A stretch of 64,000 nt of DNA from Amphiscolops sp. MND2022 (Eukaryota). This document shows, in pieces, positions 11,067 through 23,000 of the stretch. Position 1 is the stretch's first letter; every line of letters starts with the position of its first letter. Position numbers and translations under genes: made by a program. The DNA lies in contig OZ076417.1 of the NCBI GenBank assembly GCA_964187785.1, forward strand, positions 43,896,001 to 43,960,000, written 5' to 3'. Below the pieces are notes generated by a model, which was not told where the DNA came from, did no database searches, and saw nothing but the letters and a program-made list of their open reading frames with translations.

Positions 11067-14000
11067 TAAGACCACCCCTCGCCCTTACTTTTCATAGTCT
11101 GCGAAAGGGAAAAATCGGTTAAAAGAAATCCCTACCCAAAAAGAGTCAGCCTTGGCTGTGTTGAGGGAAAACGTTTTATCTGTCCACAAGCCCAAAATGG
11201 ATTTGATTGTTGATGAAACTAATTTTTGTTGTTCACGAACCAAACGTGCATTCATTTGCTAGATTCCCCTTTACAACGAGCAATGTCTAACATTGTGATA
11301 ATTTTGCAGTGATTGATAAATTTTCCTCCACTTACCAAGGTTTTCCAAATTTATTTCTACGGGACTGTTAGTGACACTGCAAGGAGGCTCTGCAGCTTGC
11401 AGCGTATACGACACCCTCCTAAACTGGTTGCGACTCGTCCTCCTTTTAACAACTGGCTTTTTTCATATTTGTCCCAACATGAAAAACTGGGTTTCAGTAC
11501 GCACGGTCCCTTTTTGCTCATGAACATGGGCGTATTAAATATCGGAAATATATCCCGAAACTTGTCGATGCAATTTCGACTTTTGTTGTTTTTTTTAAAG
11601 CATGGTCCTCAAGAAGGTCTATTGAAACGAGAGTCTTTCTAGCTACGTCTTCCGTAAACTTCAGTGTCTTTGTCGACAAGAAACAACTCGTAAAAAACGT
11701 TTTGAATTTCACCTTTGCTGTTGTATTTATATTTTGTTGATGTGTCATGATTTCTCCCTTTTAGACTGCGTGAGTTGGAGAAGAAGAATGACATGTTGAC
11801 TCAGCAGAACCGTGAGCTGGAGAAGATTGGGGCCAACCAGGAGGCGGAGCTGGTAAAGGCCCAGAAGGACAGAGAGATGATCAGCGAGGAACTGGCCACC
11901 ATCTCGCTTGAGATGCAGGAGTTGAAGAGACAGTTGCAAGCGTCACAGTAAGTTTTACATTTCGCTACTGGTTTTTAGTCACAATGTTTTTTGTTTTTAT
12001 GAATGAAAAGGTGAACAACTTGAACAAGATGAAAACTATGGTGAAATAGTAATAGTTGTTACGCCCAACTACCAGTTGTGAATCTCTTCTTTTTTACTAC
12101 GATAGATCGTAATTACCGGATTGGAGGTGGATGCCTTTAAATCAAAATTAGCAACTAAATTTTAAAAATTTAAAAATGAGTCAAGAAATTCGCAGTACAT
12201 TCTAAAGCATAGTTATTATGGTTTTTATGTGATATCTGTGTTAAATATTTTTGAAATACTTTCTTAGGTTAAGTAATAGCATTCTAAGTTCAGTTCATTT
12301 TGATCCTACTCCATGTTACGAGCTGGAAAAATTGTCGGAACCCTTTCTAATTGCGCAAGGTAGTTAAGCAATACAGGGTTTGGGCTAAAACCGCCTATTG
12401 TAGCTTCAATGGTTTCGGTGTGTACTGTCCCTTCTTGAATTTAGCCAAAATTTGAGCCATTTAATGTACATTAATCAAACTTTTATCGAAACTAACTACT
12501 TTAAATAGTTGTTTACTGATGAGCCTTCTTGGTTTCTTCGACTTGTATGCAGGTGTCTGTTACCATGGTAAAAACCAAAAAAATATGTGATCTCTTGCAT
12601 TTTCATACAGAGAAGCCTCATGTTTGCAATAAAACCTAACCTAACGGTTTGGCAGGTGTTTATAAAGCAGTAAGGACCTTCGAGATTTTTTGGGTTGTGT
12701 TATCTTGTTACACTTGATTAGTTGTAGTTCTTCCCGGTTCGCTTTGGTTCATTCTTTTCGACTGAACATCAATTTCATCCTATCTTTTTTGTAGTGCATA
12801 TAAGGTAAGTTCACTCAAGACGATGCGTGATTCATGAATTCAAGATCGCACCAATTCCTCGGAATCCATTATACAGCTAAATGAGATGATGCTGAATCTT
12901 CCCTGCACCCATGACGATGCACTTGAGAGAGAGTTTTGTTTGTTGATCTGGTGTGGGTCTTTCTTTCTTTTGGGAGACACGAAACTGTCTTCAAGTTTTG
13001 TTGCCAGTGTTTTAGATATTGAGATTTCAAAATGCAATGTTGATTAGGGTTTTTGTCCAATGTTTTAGGGAACAGCTTGAGGTGGAGGTGCAGAACCGAG
13101 TTAAAGCGGAAAGTGCTTTCAACTCTCTTGAAAAGAGGCTGACATTCGAGAAAAATGTATTTGAAGAGGTAAGCTGCCTCGTTACAAGTTAATGATCATA
13201 CTGAACCTGTAAAGATTGGGAAACAACAATTCGCTTCAATCACAAAGTCCAATCTTGAAACCATTTTTTGTTCTGCAGAAGTTTTTACAGAGTGAGAAAT
13301 AATGAACCAGCTCACGAGAATTGTATTGAAGTTTTTCCGCGATGTGTGAGCCTGTAGTTTAAGCTTTTAGAGTTCACAGGAGTCAAACATTTAGGTGGGA
13401 GTTCAGTTTGGCATCTCGTAATATTATGGTAACGTTCATCTTTTTAGACGCTGAAAGAAAGTTCGATTCTGAAAGTGACTGAGATCGAAGAGCTGGAACG
13501 CCGGAAGGACTCGGAGGCGAACAACAGAATCGAGCAGTTGCTGGAGGACTTGCGAAACCACCACGAGAACAAGATGATGGGCTACAAGCAAGAGAAGGAG
13601 AACTACTATCAGCAGAAGCTGACGGAGTTGAACCAGGTCAACACGGAGCGAGACAGAGAACTGGTCCAGGGCAGGAAGACCATCACTGACCTGCAGATTG
13701 ATAACACCAAGATGCTGGAGGAACTCACCCATCTCAACGAAATGGTTAGACCAGTGTTACCATTCTGGTAAATAAAATAACCTCCTGGGAAGTTAAACTT
13801 TCCTGAAAAGATTACATCATGAATCAGTAAGCATAAAATACCGAAATATTTTCTGAGTAAGTTCTCTAACCCCTCGAGGAAGGGGCAATTCCTCAGTAAC
13901 ACCCAAACCGATTGAAAACTTTTTTGTAGATACCTTTTCCGGACGGGATCCTAGGCAGATGTCTCTCACTTTATATTTATTTGAACTTACCCATTGATGT

Positions 14001-17000
14001 CCCTTTATATTTTCCTTTAAAGGAACTTTAAAAAATCCTTGCTTTAAACATCGATCCTTTAAAAGGATTTTCCTTTAAAGGATCCTTTTTCCTTCAAACA
14101 AAATAAAAAGGAAATTTGACAGCAATTATAAATACAAATAGCGCGGTTCGAAAATTATTCTATGAATCTATTCTGAATTTTTCGGTGCAGCTGCATACCA
14201 TAATGGATCGAACCAATCGATTTGGTTTTTTGCTGATATGTTTTTTGGTGCGACACGTATTAATCCAAGCAATATATCTAATATGGTGTAGAAAGACTGT
14301 GGAAAATTTCGTTCGAATCGTATAAAGTTTTTGAGAAAATCAAAAAAGTCGAAAAATGGCTGTTTTTTGGCCATTTTTGGGCTAATTTTGGCTATGTTTC
14401 TCACATTCCAATCATACGATTTTGATGCCTTCGCGCACGCAGGGGCCCCTTTGGATATAGAATGACGATGCAAAATTTTATGAAAATCGTATGGACAGTT
14501 TTTGAGAAATTTGAAATTTTCATTGAAAGGTTGGGAGAAAAAAACGACACGATTGCATAAGTAGTCGAAAATTTTTCCGACTCCTAATAATTCCGACAAA
14601 ATAAGACACGCGTTTTCAGCTTAGTGAATTAATTCGATTCCAAATTTCAGCCAATCAGATTACAGCAAAAACAAATATTCTGCTGTTTGAAAATTAGCTG
14701 TGTATTACATTGTCTGTTGTATGACGTTCCCCTTAAAGGATTTGTTAAAACATATTTTTTTCTAATCCTTTAAAGGATCCTTTAAAGTTTAAGGCCAATC
14801 CTTTAATATAAAAAATCCTTCAAAAAATTAAAAAGACATCACTGATCTTACCGCGTTTCATTGATGTATATCTTTATAACCTTACTTAACATATTACTGT
14901 TTGGTTTTAATTATCGGTTTAGTAATTTAATTTTCCTTTTTTAAAAAAATTAGCCAATAAATTGAAATTTGTATATGAAAAAAATTTGAGAATAACCAAG
15001 TACCTATACAGGGAGTGTTGTGCAGTGTCGTATTATGTAGGGACAAAAGATGTGAAAATTTCATCATAATTCCACCATACTTATGGTACCCTGCATGCAG
15101 AAGCGGAGCGACGTGCCACTACTTGACCAGCGGCAGGTTTTGACTTAAACCGAGTCATACAACCAATTTTGATCGCTAAATTCATCATGAACTTATGATT
15201 TTTGACCCTGTATAATTCCATCCCAAATAGTTCGACCCTGGAGAGGCAACTCCCTATACATGAATCTACGAAAATTCGTCGAAAACAACTCGCCGAAAAC
15301 AACTGGTCGAAAATACTAGGCAGAAAACTCGTCGAAAAGCAACTCGCCGACAATTCTCCGGCGGAAAACTCGTCGCAAGAACGGAAAATAATCTTAGACA
15401 AATATAGTGCTAACTTTGTGATCATACTGTGTTATTAAGTTCCAACTTATTATGAAGTATTACACTGTTAACTATAAAAGTGAAATTTCAAGCATTTTTT
15501 TAGCTAGAAAATCTCTATTATGCGCCAAACTGAAAATTAATCCCTAATTAGCACAATTAGCACTGGATAATCCTTGTTTGTAATCTGTAATTATTCGACG
15601 AGTTAATTTTCGACCAGTTTTCCGCCCTTTATTTTCGACGAGTTGCATTCGGCGAGATGTTTTCGACAAGTTTTCCGCATACCCCCTATACATACACATA
15701 CAAGTTCTTCAAGTTATCAGTTTGGAAAATCCATTGATCAGGTAGTCAGAGGTAGTTACAATGATTGTCTTTGGAATCATATAGGTATCCCTATAGAGGT
15801 TTGCCCCAAAAACAGTTTCCCCGATTCATGCTTGTGCCTGTTTAATGCCATAATATTAAAACGTGTAATTTTGGATTTCAAAAGTTTTAATTTTGTCACT
15901 GTTGTTGGGATATTTCGATAATAAATTTGTTGAGTTGCTTTGACTGTGTACTCAAACCTCAAATTTACTTCCAAGAAGTATTCGTGTCATTTGAACAAAA
16001 TGATGAGGCATAGAAATTAAATATTGGTTACAAAGGTATTTGAAATGGACCACATTTCTGAAGAGAGGATTACAGTCGAACTCGGATAAAAGAAACATTT
16101 GGGTATAACAAACGTTTTCAATCCTCCGCTTTTATGCAAGACAAACTTTCTATGTTAATAGGACAGCTCAGTTAATCGAAGAAAATATGGATAAAAGAAA
16201 CTCTTTTCTTACCGCCCTCTTAATTTCTTTTATCCGAGTTCGACTGTGATGCTCACTTCAAAAGAACACGTTTTGCGCCCGATCTACGAGTGTCAAAAGA
16301 ATGCAAGAGATCCCTCTTTTGGTTATTTGACTTTCATTTGAGCTGCAAAACTGTTTGAAACAAAAGGCCAGGCCCCCCCTTTAGGCATTTTTTTGACAAT
16401 TTCCGACTTGTGTCCGTAAAAGTTTACCTTTGAAGGGTCCCACCTCCAATTTGTTTTTCAACGAGTGTCACTGTATTGAACCGGAGGGACTGGCTTTGTG
16501 TTTAGTTGAGGAACCGGGACAACAAGGTGCAGGAGATAGAGGAGACGTTGATGCGGGAGCGCAACAAGGCCATGCAGATGGAGGCGGACGTGCGACAGGA
16601 GATAGACCGGCTGAAGGACCAGCTGATGCAGCAGTGCGACGAGTACCAGGACCTGTTGGACGAGAAACTCACGCTCGACCTCGAGATTTCTGCCTACAGG
16701 AAGATGATCGAGAGCGAAGAGGCCAGGTAAGGCCGTGTACAGACAGAAGCGCCCATTTTACACAGTCATAAACGCCCCAATGCAAAGCGCCTCGCTAATT
16801 TATGAGCCGATTTCATTGCCTTCAATTGAATCTAATTGAAGGTGTTCAAATGAATTAAAAATTTACTGGTAATGCCATGTTTAACATTTCCACATCAAAT
16901 TTCAATTGAAATCGACTTAAATTGGTAATTTTGGCATTTCTGTCAACAAAATATTAATTTCTTGAAGAAGCAATTAGTCAGTCAATACATTGTTTCAAAA

Positions 17001-20000
17001 TGAAAACTCAACTATTTCATTGGAGTGAGGAACTTGAAGTTGGTGGCGGAAAAGAGTCAACAAATCCCATGATTTTGACTGTATTTTGGGCGCTTTTTTC
17101 TCGTAACCTGTAAGTCAGGTGTTTGAGCTGAGCGCCTGTTTCAGAATGAAACTGGCTTCTTATTCGGGGTCTACATGTTTGAAACTGAAGACATCAAAGT
17201 CTCATGTTCAGTCTCCATTAATTACGACTAATGGCGATGTTGCTTGGATTAGGCTTTGTAGGAAATTGTATCTGGCATTTTGTGAAGTTACTTGTTCGAA
17301 CTACTTCATTCATTCCGGTTTCTCTTCCTGCTAATGTGAAAATTTGAAAAACTTGTTTTGCTGTCAAAGCATTGCAAACGTTTGAAAGTTATCATTGGTT
17401 TCGTTCATTTTTATACAATCCTCATTTGGAAACAGCCTTGATTCAGTTAATTTCTTTTCTTCTAATTAAACGTGATAGTTTTTGTGCGTCATTTGCTGAT
17501 ACGAAATACCTTTCGGGCGCACTGGAGTTTTCCGTTGTGTCATCAGTCTGCAGTGCAACAAGCCAGCAGTTGCAAAAGATTCAATCGCTCAGTTTTTTAC
17601 TTGCTCCAAATTTACCAGAATCTTTTACCAGAGCTGTATGAACGAAAACTCAGATAATGGATCTTGAAAAGTCTATTGATATTTTTAGGTTTAGTGATAG
17701 ATTGGATAGAAAGTTAGTCTTGTCATAATGTGTGACTTCATCATCATTATTATTTGAATGACCGAAATTATTGGAAGTCATCTTTTCAATCAATCCTTTT
17801 GCCTTCTACTCAATGATTTGTCCAGTTATAGGAAAAAAGTCCAAATCTTGTTGGATTTTAGAATTGTTTTGGGGAAAAATTACGATTTCTAGTGTGTCAG
17901 TAGTGTTCGTCATTCACTCACATCTGATGTCTAAGGCGCGATTTTTTCAGACTTGGCACAAAGCTTTCAGAAACAACCTACTTAGTCAACTCAAAACTTG
18001 GGTCATACCGACGCTTGCAAATATGGTTGAACTCAATCATCGAATAATTCGTGAATCATCCATGAATTAATCTCGCTTTAATTAAACCTTTAAAAGTGTG
18101 TTGTTGGTTTCAGAATGAACATCACTCCGTCGCCTGGGCGCAAGCGCAAATCAGGGGACGCGAGTGCGAACAGGAGCAAGAAGAGGAAGCTGAGGACGGA
18201 GGAGTACTTCAGCAGTGAGACTGTGCACTCCACCAAACTCATTGGGCTCGAAGTGGTCGATGCAGACCCCGAGGGCCGCTTCGTCACTGTGCAGAATCAC
18301 ACCAACCAGGTAAGTGAAATACTTGGGATTGACTCTGTTGTGCAAACATGGGATCTCCTTCACTATGTGAACCCCCCCTCCCCCTCCTATAGTCTTATAG
18401 CAAAAAGGGAGGACAAAGTGGAACGCTCTTAAATACATCGAAAGGGGGAGGACAGAGTGAAACTTTTAAATACATATAAAATGTATGAAGTATCAACGCT
18501 TCTGATTGGCTGAGTGGAGATTTGTAATTGAAAACGAATACAGGGGGGGGGGGGGGCATAGTGTAACGAGTCAAAAGGGGGCACATAGCGAAAGAGATAC
18601 CAAAAATGTACAGTGATGTACTGAAACAAAACACCTATGAACGGAACAAAATGGATACGAATATCATCCCTCTGCTTGCCCAAGCTCATTGGATTGCTTA
18701 GCTTCGATCAGTGTCGAAAATCAGCTGTTCCAAAATTGTCAGTTTTGATATTTCCAAGGCATAAACATCATATGCAAAACAAATTGAACAATTTAATGTA
18801 ATGTTTAAGGTTTAATTTAATTGAGGCTAATCCTTAAATCTTAGGATCTAACTTCGGAAACGAGACACGGCTATTGGAACATGTTTCAAGGCACATCGTT
18901 CTTAAACTAAAGTTTGTTTTTTTGTCTAAAGCCTGCTTCTGTTTCTAGTTTTATGTTTGAACATTTGAATCGAACATTTTGAAACAGTTGAAATGAATGT
19001 AACAGGTCAAAACTGAATGTCATTCTATTGTCATCGTAAAGCTGAAATTGGACTCAATGTGCTTTCGATTGAACCTCTACTCCATTTGCATTACAGTAGC
19101 GTTCTAAAAATCGCAACTCCATTTCTCATAATGACTAAGTTTAAAACCAGATATCTCGCAAACTTTCACAAATACAAAAATTGTCAGCTACGAAAGTTTC
19201 TTAAAATTTATTTAGTTTACAAAAATCTTTGTTTGAAATTTCTACGACCCAGATTGAGAAGGTTGAAAATTGCAATTTTCCGGAAATTTTAATTGAAATT
19301 GAGTTTTTCAATATTTGAGAGGCTCAAAATCAAAATTCTCGGACAATTTTTTCAATTCACAGACAGTTTATAATCTCCGAACCTACTGAATTGTCCTGAT
19401 CGAGAATTTGTTTTGAATGAGAAAAATGCATTATATTTTGCATTAGATATGAGCATTTTTCAATGTTGCGTTTTAGGAAATTTCGTTGGCCAACTACGAG
19501 CTGAGAAGAGTGGCCAATGACGCCGAGTGCAGCTACATTTTCCCTCCAGAGGCTTCTCTTGTGCCCAGGGCAACTGTCACAGTGAGTACCCTTTCCCAAA
19601 ACTTTTTTTTTCGTCAGACCACAGACATCACACTGAAATGTCCACTTTTTACAGACTTTACGCCTAAGTTCTAACGGGTACCCAAAGAGGTCAAAGGGTA
19701 TTTTTCAGTATTAAGAGTTTTGCAATATCGTAGAAACTATGTGGGCCCGAGGGTCCCACTCGGAGTTTTTCGGCATTGTGCGACTTTTTTGAAAAAAAAT
19801 AATTCCAGCAAACAGGGATTTTTTCCACCATTGTGCGTGTTTTGAGTCAGAGAAAAGAGTTTTCGAGTCAAATGGGGGAGCTGTCCAATGTGGACTTTTA
19901 GTCTGTGGTTTTATTTGTGAAAATTATATCAGTAAAGGGTTCCCCTTTGTATTTTTTAATATTTTCAGGACGTTTTCAAGCCTAATGGGATGTTTACCAC

Positions 20001-23000
20001 AAAATTTTTGTTATGACTTTTTTGAGCTTCAAACGGGGCACCGACTTCAGACGTTCCCGCCTTGTTTCAGTTAACCTTCTTGATTTTTAAAAGCCTTGCT
20101 TCGTGTTTTTGCCTTTCACATTGCACAATTTTAAAAACTTATGGCTGTAACCCTGAGTGGACCAGAAAATTTCCGGATCCATCCAAAAATCTGGTGCTTG
20201 AACTTTAAACCGCAATATCTCCTAAACTATTCAAGTCCGACAAACGGCTCAGACCGTGTTCGAAAGAACAGAATCATGGCTTTCAAATCGATATTTGAAC
20301 GGCTGGACTGGGGGCACTGGCTCCGGACTTTGCGCCAAAACTTTGCAGGCCTCGTGTCTCTGACTGCATTTGAGCACGTTTGAAAAGGGTCTCTTTGACT
20401 CAATCTTGATACCAGTGGGATAAAAGGGCCATAAACGAAAACTGGAAAAACGGAAAATCTGCGCTCAATTTTTAAAATTTTTTCATCCCATTTTCTTAAT
20501 TTTGGAGACACAATGTCAATATTCCGTGAAGAGGCGTGCAATGCTATGTAATATCGTCTGAAAATCTTTTTCAAGAGTTTTCTGTTACATACAATCAGCT
20601 AGTACGTTTAGAAGTTTGCAGAAACTAACTAGTAAGAATTCGTACCAGTGGCCCATTTAGGGTTAATCGTTAATAGTTTTCATAAACTGTCCTGTCATAC
20701 CTGACTGAAATTTTTTACGGTGCACCTCTATTGCCTACCTGAATAAACTATGGTTTTGATTATGAAAACAACGACACTGAAAACAGTATAATGACGTCAT
20801 AAACGCTTTCCCCATCTCTGGTTTCGGGATTCTTATTCTTAGATTGTGTGTTTTCGATAATAAAATTGATGTTCCTTTTCCAGTTTGATCCAACACGAAC
20901 GACTCCATCTGTGACGTCATTGCTCGTGTGTTTAGGTGTACAGTTATAACTGTGCGGGCGCGGTGCATGAGCCGCCCCACTCTGTGATTGCGGATGACAT
21001 TGCAGCCTGGCCCGTGGCAGAGGAGTTCCTGACTACCCTCTACGACATTAACGGAGAGGTATGTATATGCTTTATTCACCCAGGTTTTCACGTCGCTACA
21101 TTTTTTCGCTAATCCGCTAATTTCAAAATCGCTATTTCGCTGTAAACCTTACTGTAAATAGTAAATTATTAATTGTTCAACTTCGAATATGTTTGAAAAT
21201 TGAATGATAGTTTTTTCAGACTTTACATAAAAATGGACGGAAACTTCTCTTTTAACTATGTGGGATTTACAGTAAGAGTAAGAGTTGGAAGTTTTCGAAT
21301 TTCATTTTGAAACTGAGGAAATTTTGGATTTATAAAGTTTATTAGTTGCCGCTAATTTGAATCGCTGAAAAAGTTCTGCGCAGCCGCTAAATGGGTAATT
21401 AGCGGTGTCAAAACTCGCTCCCTACAAAGTATACCAAGCAGTAGTGAAACCCTAACAAGAAGTAGACTTACAGAGAAACAGTTGCCGAGAGTATGTAGCA
21501 AGGTGGCCATTTGGGTCCCTTTTTTCCCAAAGTCGCTTTTTTACGAACATGTGCTGAGTTAAGTGCCTAAAGTGGACACAGCAGCGTCATATCTGGAAAT
21601 ATCATTGACTCTTTCGTTACGCAATAAGTTTTGAATGCTTATGTGTATACCTATCTCAGAGATCTGTTCAACATTTTGTTCCTATTATAATTTTTGGTTA
21701 CTGAAAGATGTTTTGTGAGGAAACGTGAGGTAACTTTTTTTAAGTAAAAAACGTAAATCTCTATGATTTTAATTGGGTCGCTTTTTTGTTGAAAAAAAAC
21801 TGGCCACCCTCGTATGTACATAAATCCGATAGATACCCGACCAGAGTTTTGACACCGCTAATCAGCGACCTAGCCAATAAGCGGCACCTAACAGATTGTA
21901 CAAATTCAAAAGAATTATGACTGTCACCCTTATAAAACCCACACGTTGTTGAAAATTTCAGTCTTTTTTGTGGAAAACTGAAGTCGAATATTTATTAGCT
22001 TGAAGAAATGTTTTTTTTCGGCGAAAAATAGTGATTATGAAATTAGCGATTAGCGAAAAAAATTATCGAAAAACTTGACCTCCAAGAATAAGAACTTGGC
22101 CGAGAAATTGTTAAATATAACATACCAAAGATCGTATTTGAATTTTGGTAAGATTACAGGTATGCGGCATATTTCTCGATTTATTCGCCGTGAACATGTT
22201 CAATGAACCACGGCAACAATTGAAGTTTCTGATGAACGCATTTGAATTTGAGAAAGTATTTCGCGACCAATTTTTCGTTACCCTTTGTTCTCTCTTAGCA
22301 GTAGGCGCACTGGATTTTTTGGCGATAGTGGATCGTGTGTTGACTCGAGTAACTAATCGTTCGCCGAGAGCCTTTGGAGAAGTAAATGGAAATGTTCGAG
22401 TGTAAAGGATCTGTCTAGAATCGGGAGATCTACGTCTGCAAAAATCGTTGGAAGAACAATACTTTTGATTTTTCTTGGAAATTTTTGCAATTGCAGAAAT
22501 GATTTTCTGCCCCGATTTTCTATGATCTCGTTTTATATTTATGTTTTGCCCAGAAAAGTCGAAGTGTCAGAACGTTATAAAAACTAAATGCAGTTTGCAT
22601 TCCAAGACTTGCTGGCGGATTTTTATTTCTTTTTGACGTAAGTTTAAATTAACAATACGCTTCAACGGCATGGAGTTTTACACTCGGTCTGATTGTTGGT
22701 CCTACTTCATTCGAGAACCATCCAAAGCTAACGTGATATGATTGATATTGATGGTAATACGTTGGATTTGTTTGGGATTAAACAATCACGTTGGGATTGT
22801 TTGCAGGAAATAGCCAACCGAGTATGCAAGCGTTTCATCACCGAAGAAGAAAACATTCAAGTGGTGAGTCATTGTTCGCAACTACTTGCATAGGTATCTG
22901 TTTACTGCTGGTGGCCCAAATTGTTTACTCCTGTTTAGCCAAATATTTCTTTTCGGTCGCCTTTGTTTATGAACATCTAACGTGTACCGACACCCCTATC

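Noticed and set aside
13745-13771. Truncated lamin isoform ending ...[10 protein letters not shown] by read-through, or an alternative donor at about 13768
   Set aside because: The alternative donor has the wrong phase for exon 7 and there is no evidence for read-through; only the phase-0 GTTAGA donor gives a full rod.
21081-21454. hAT-like MITE with CAGG(G/T)TTTCAC ends
   Set aside because: Ends resemble TIRs but no matching 8-bp TSD was found; boundaries unsupported.
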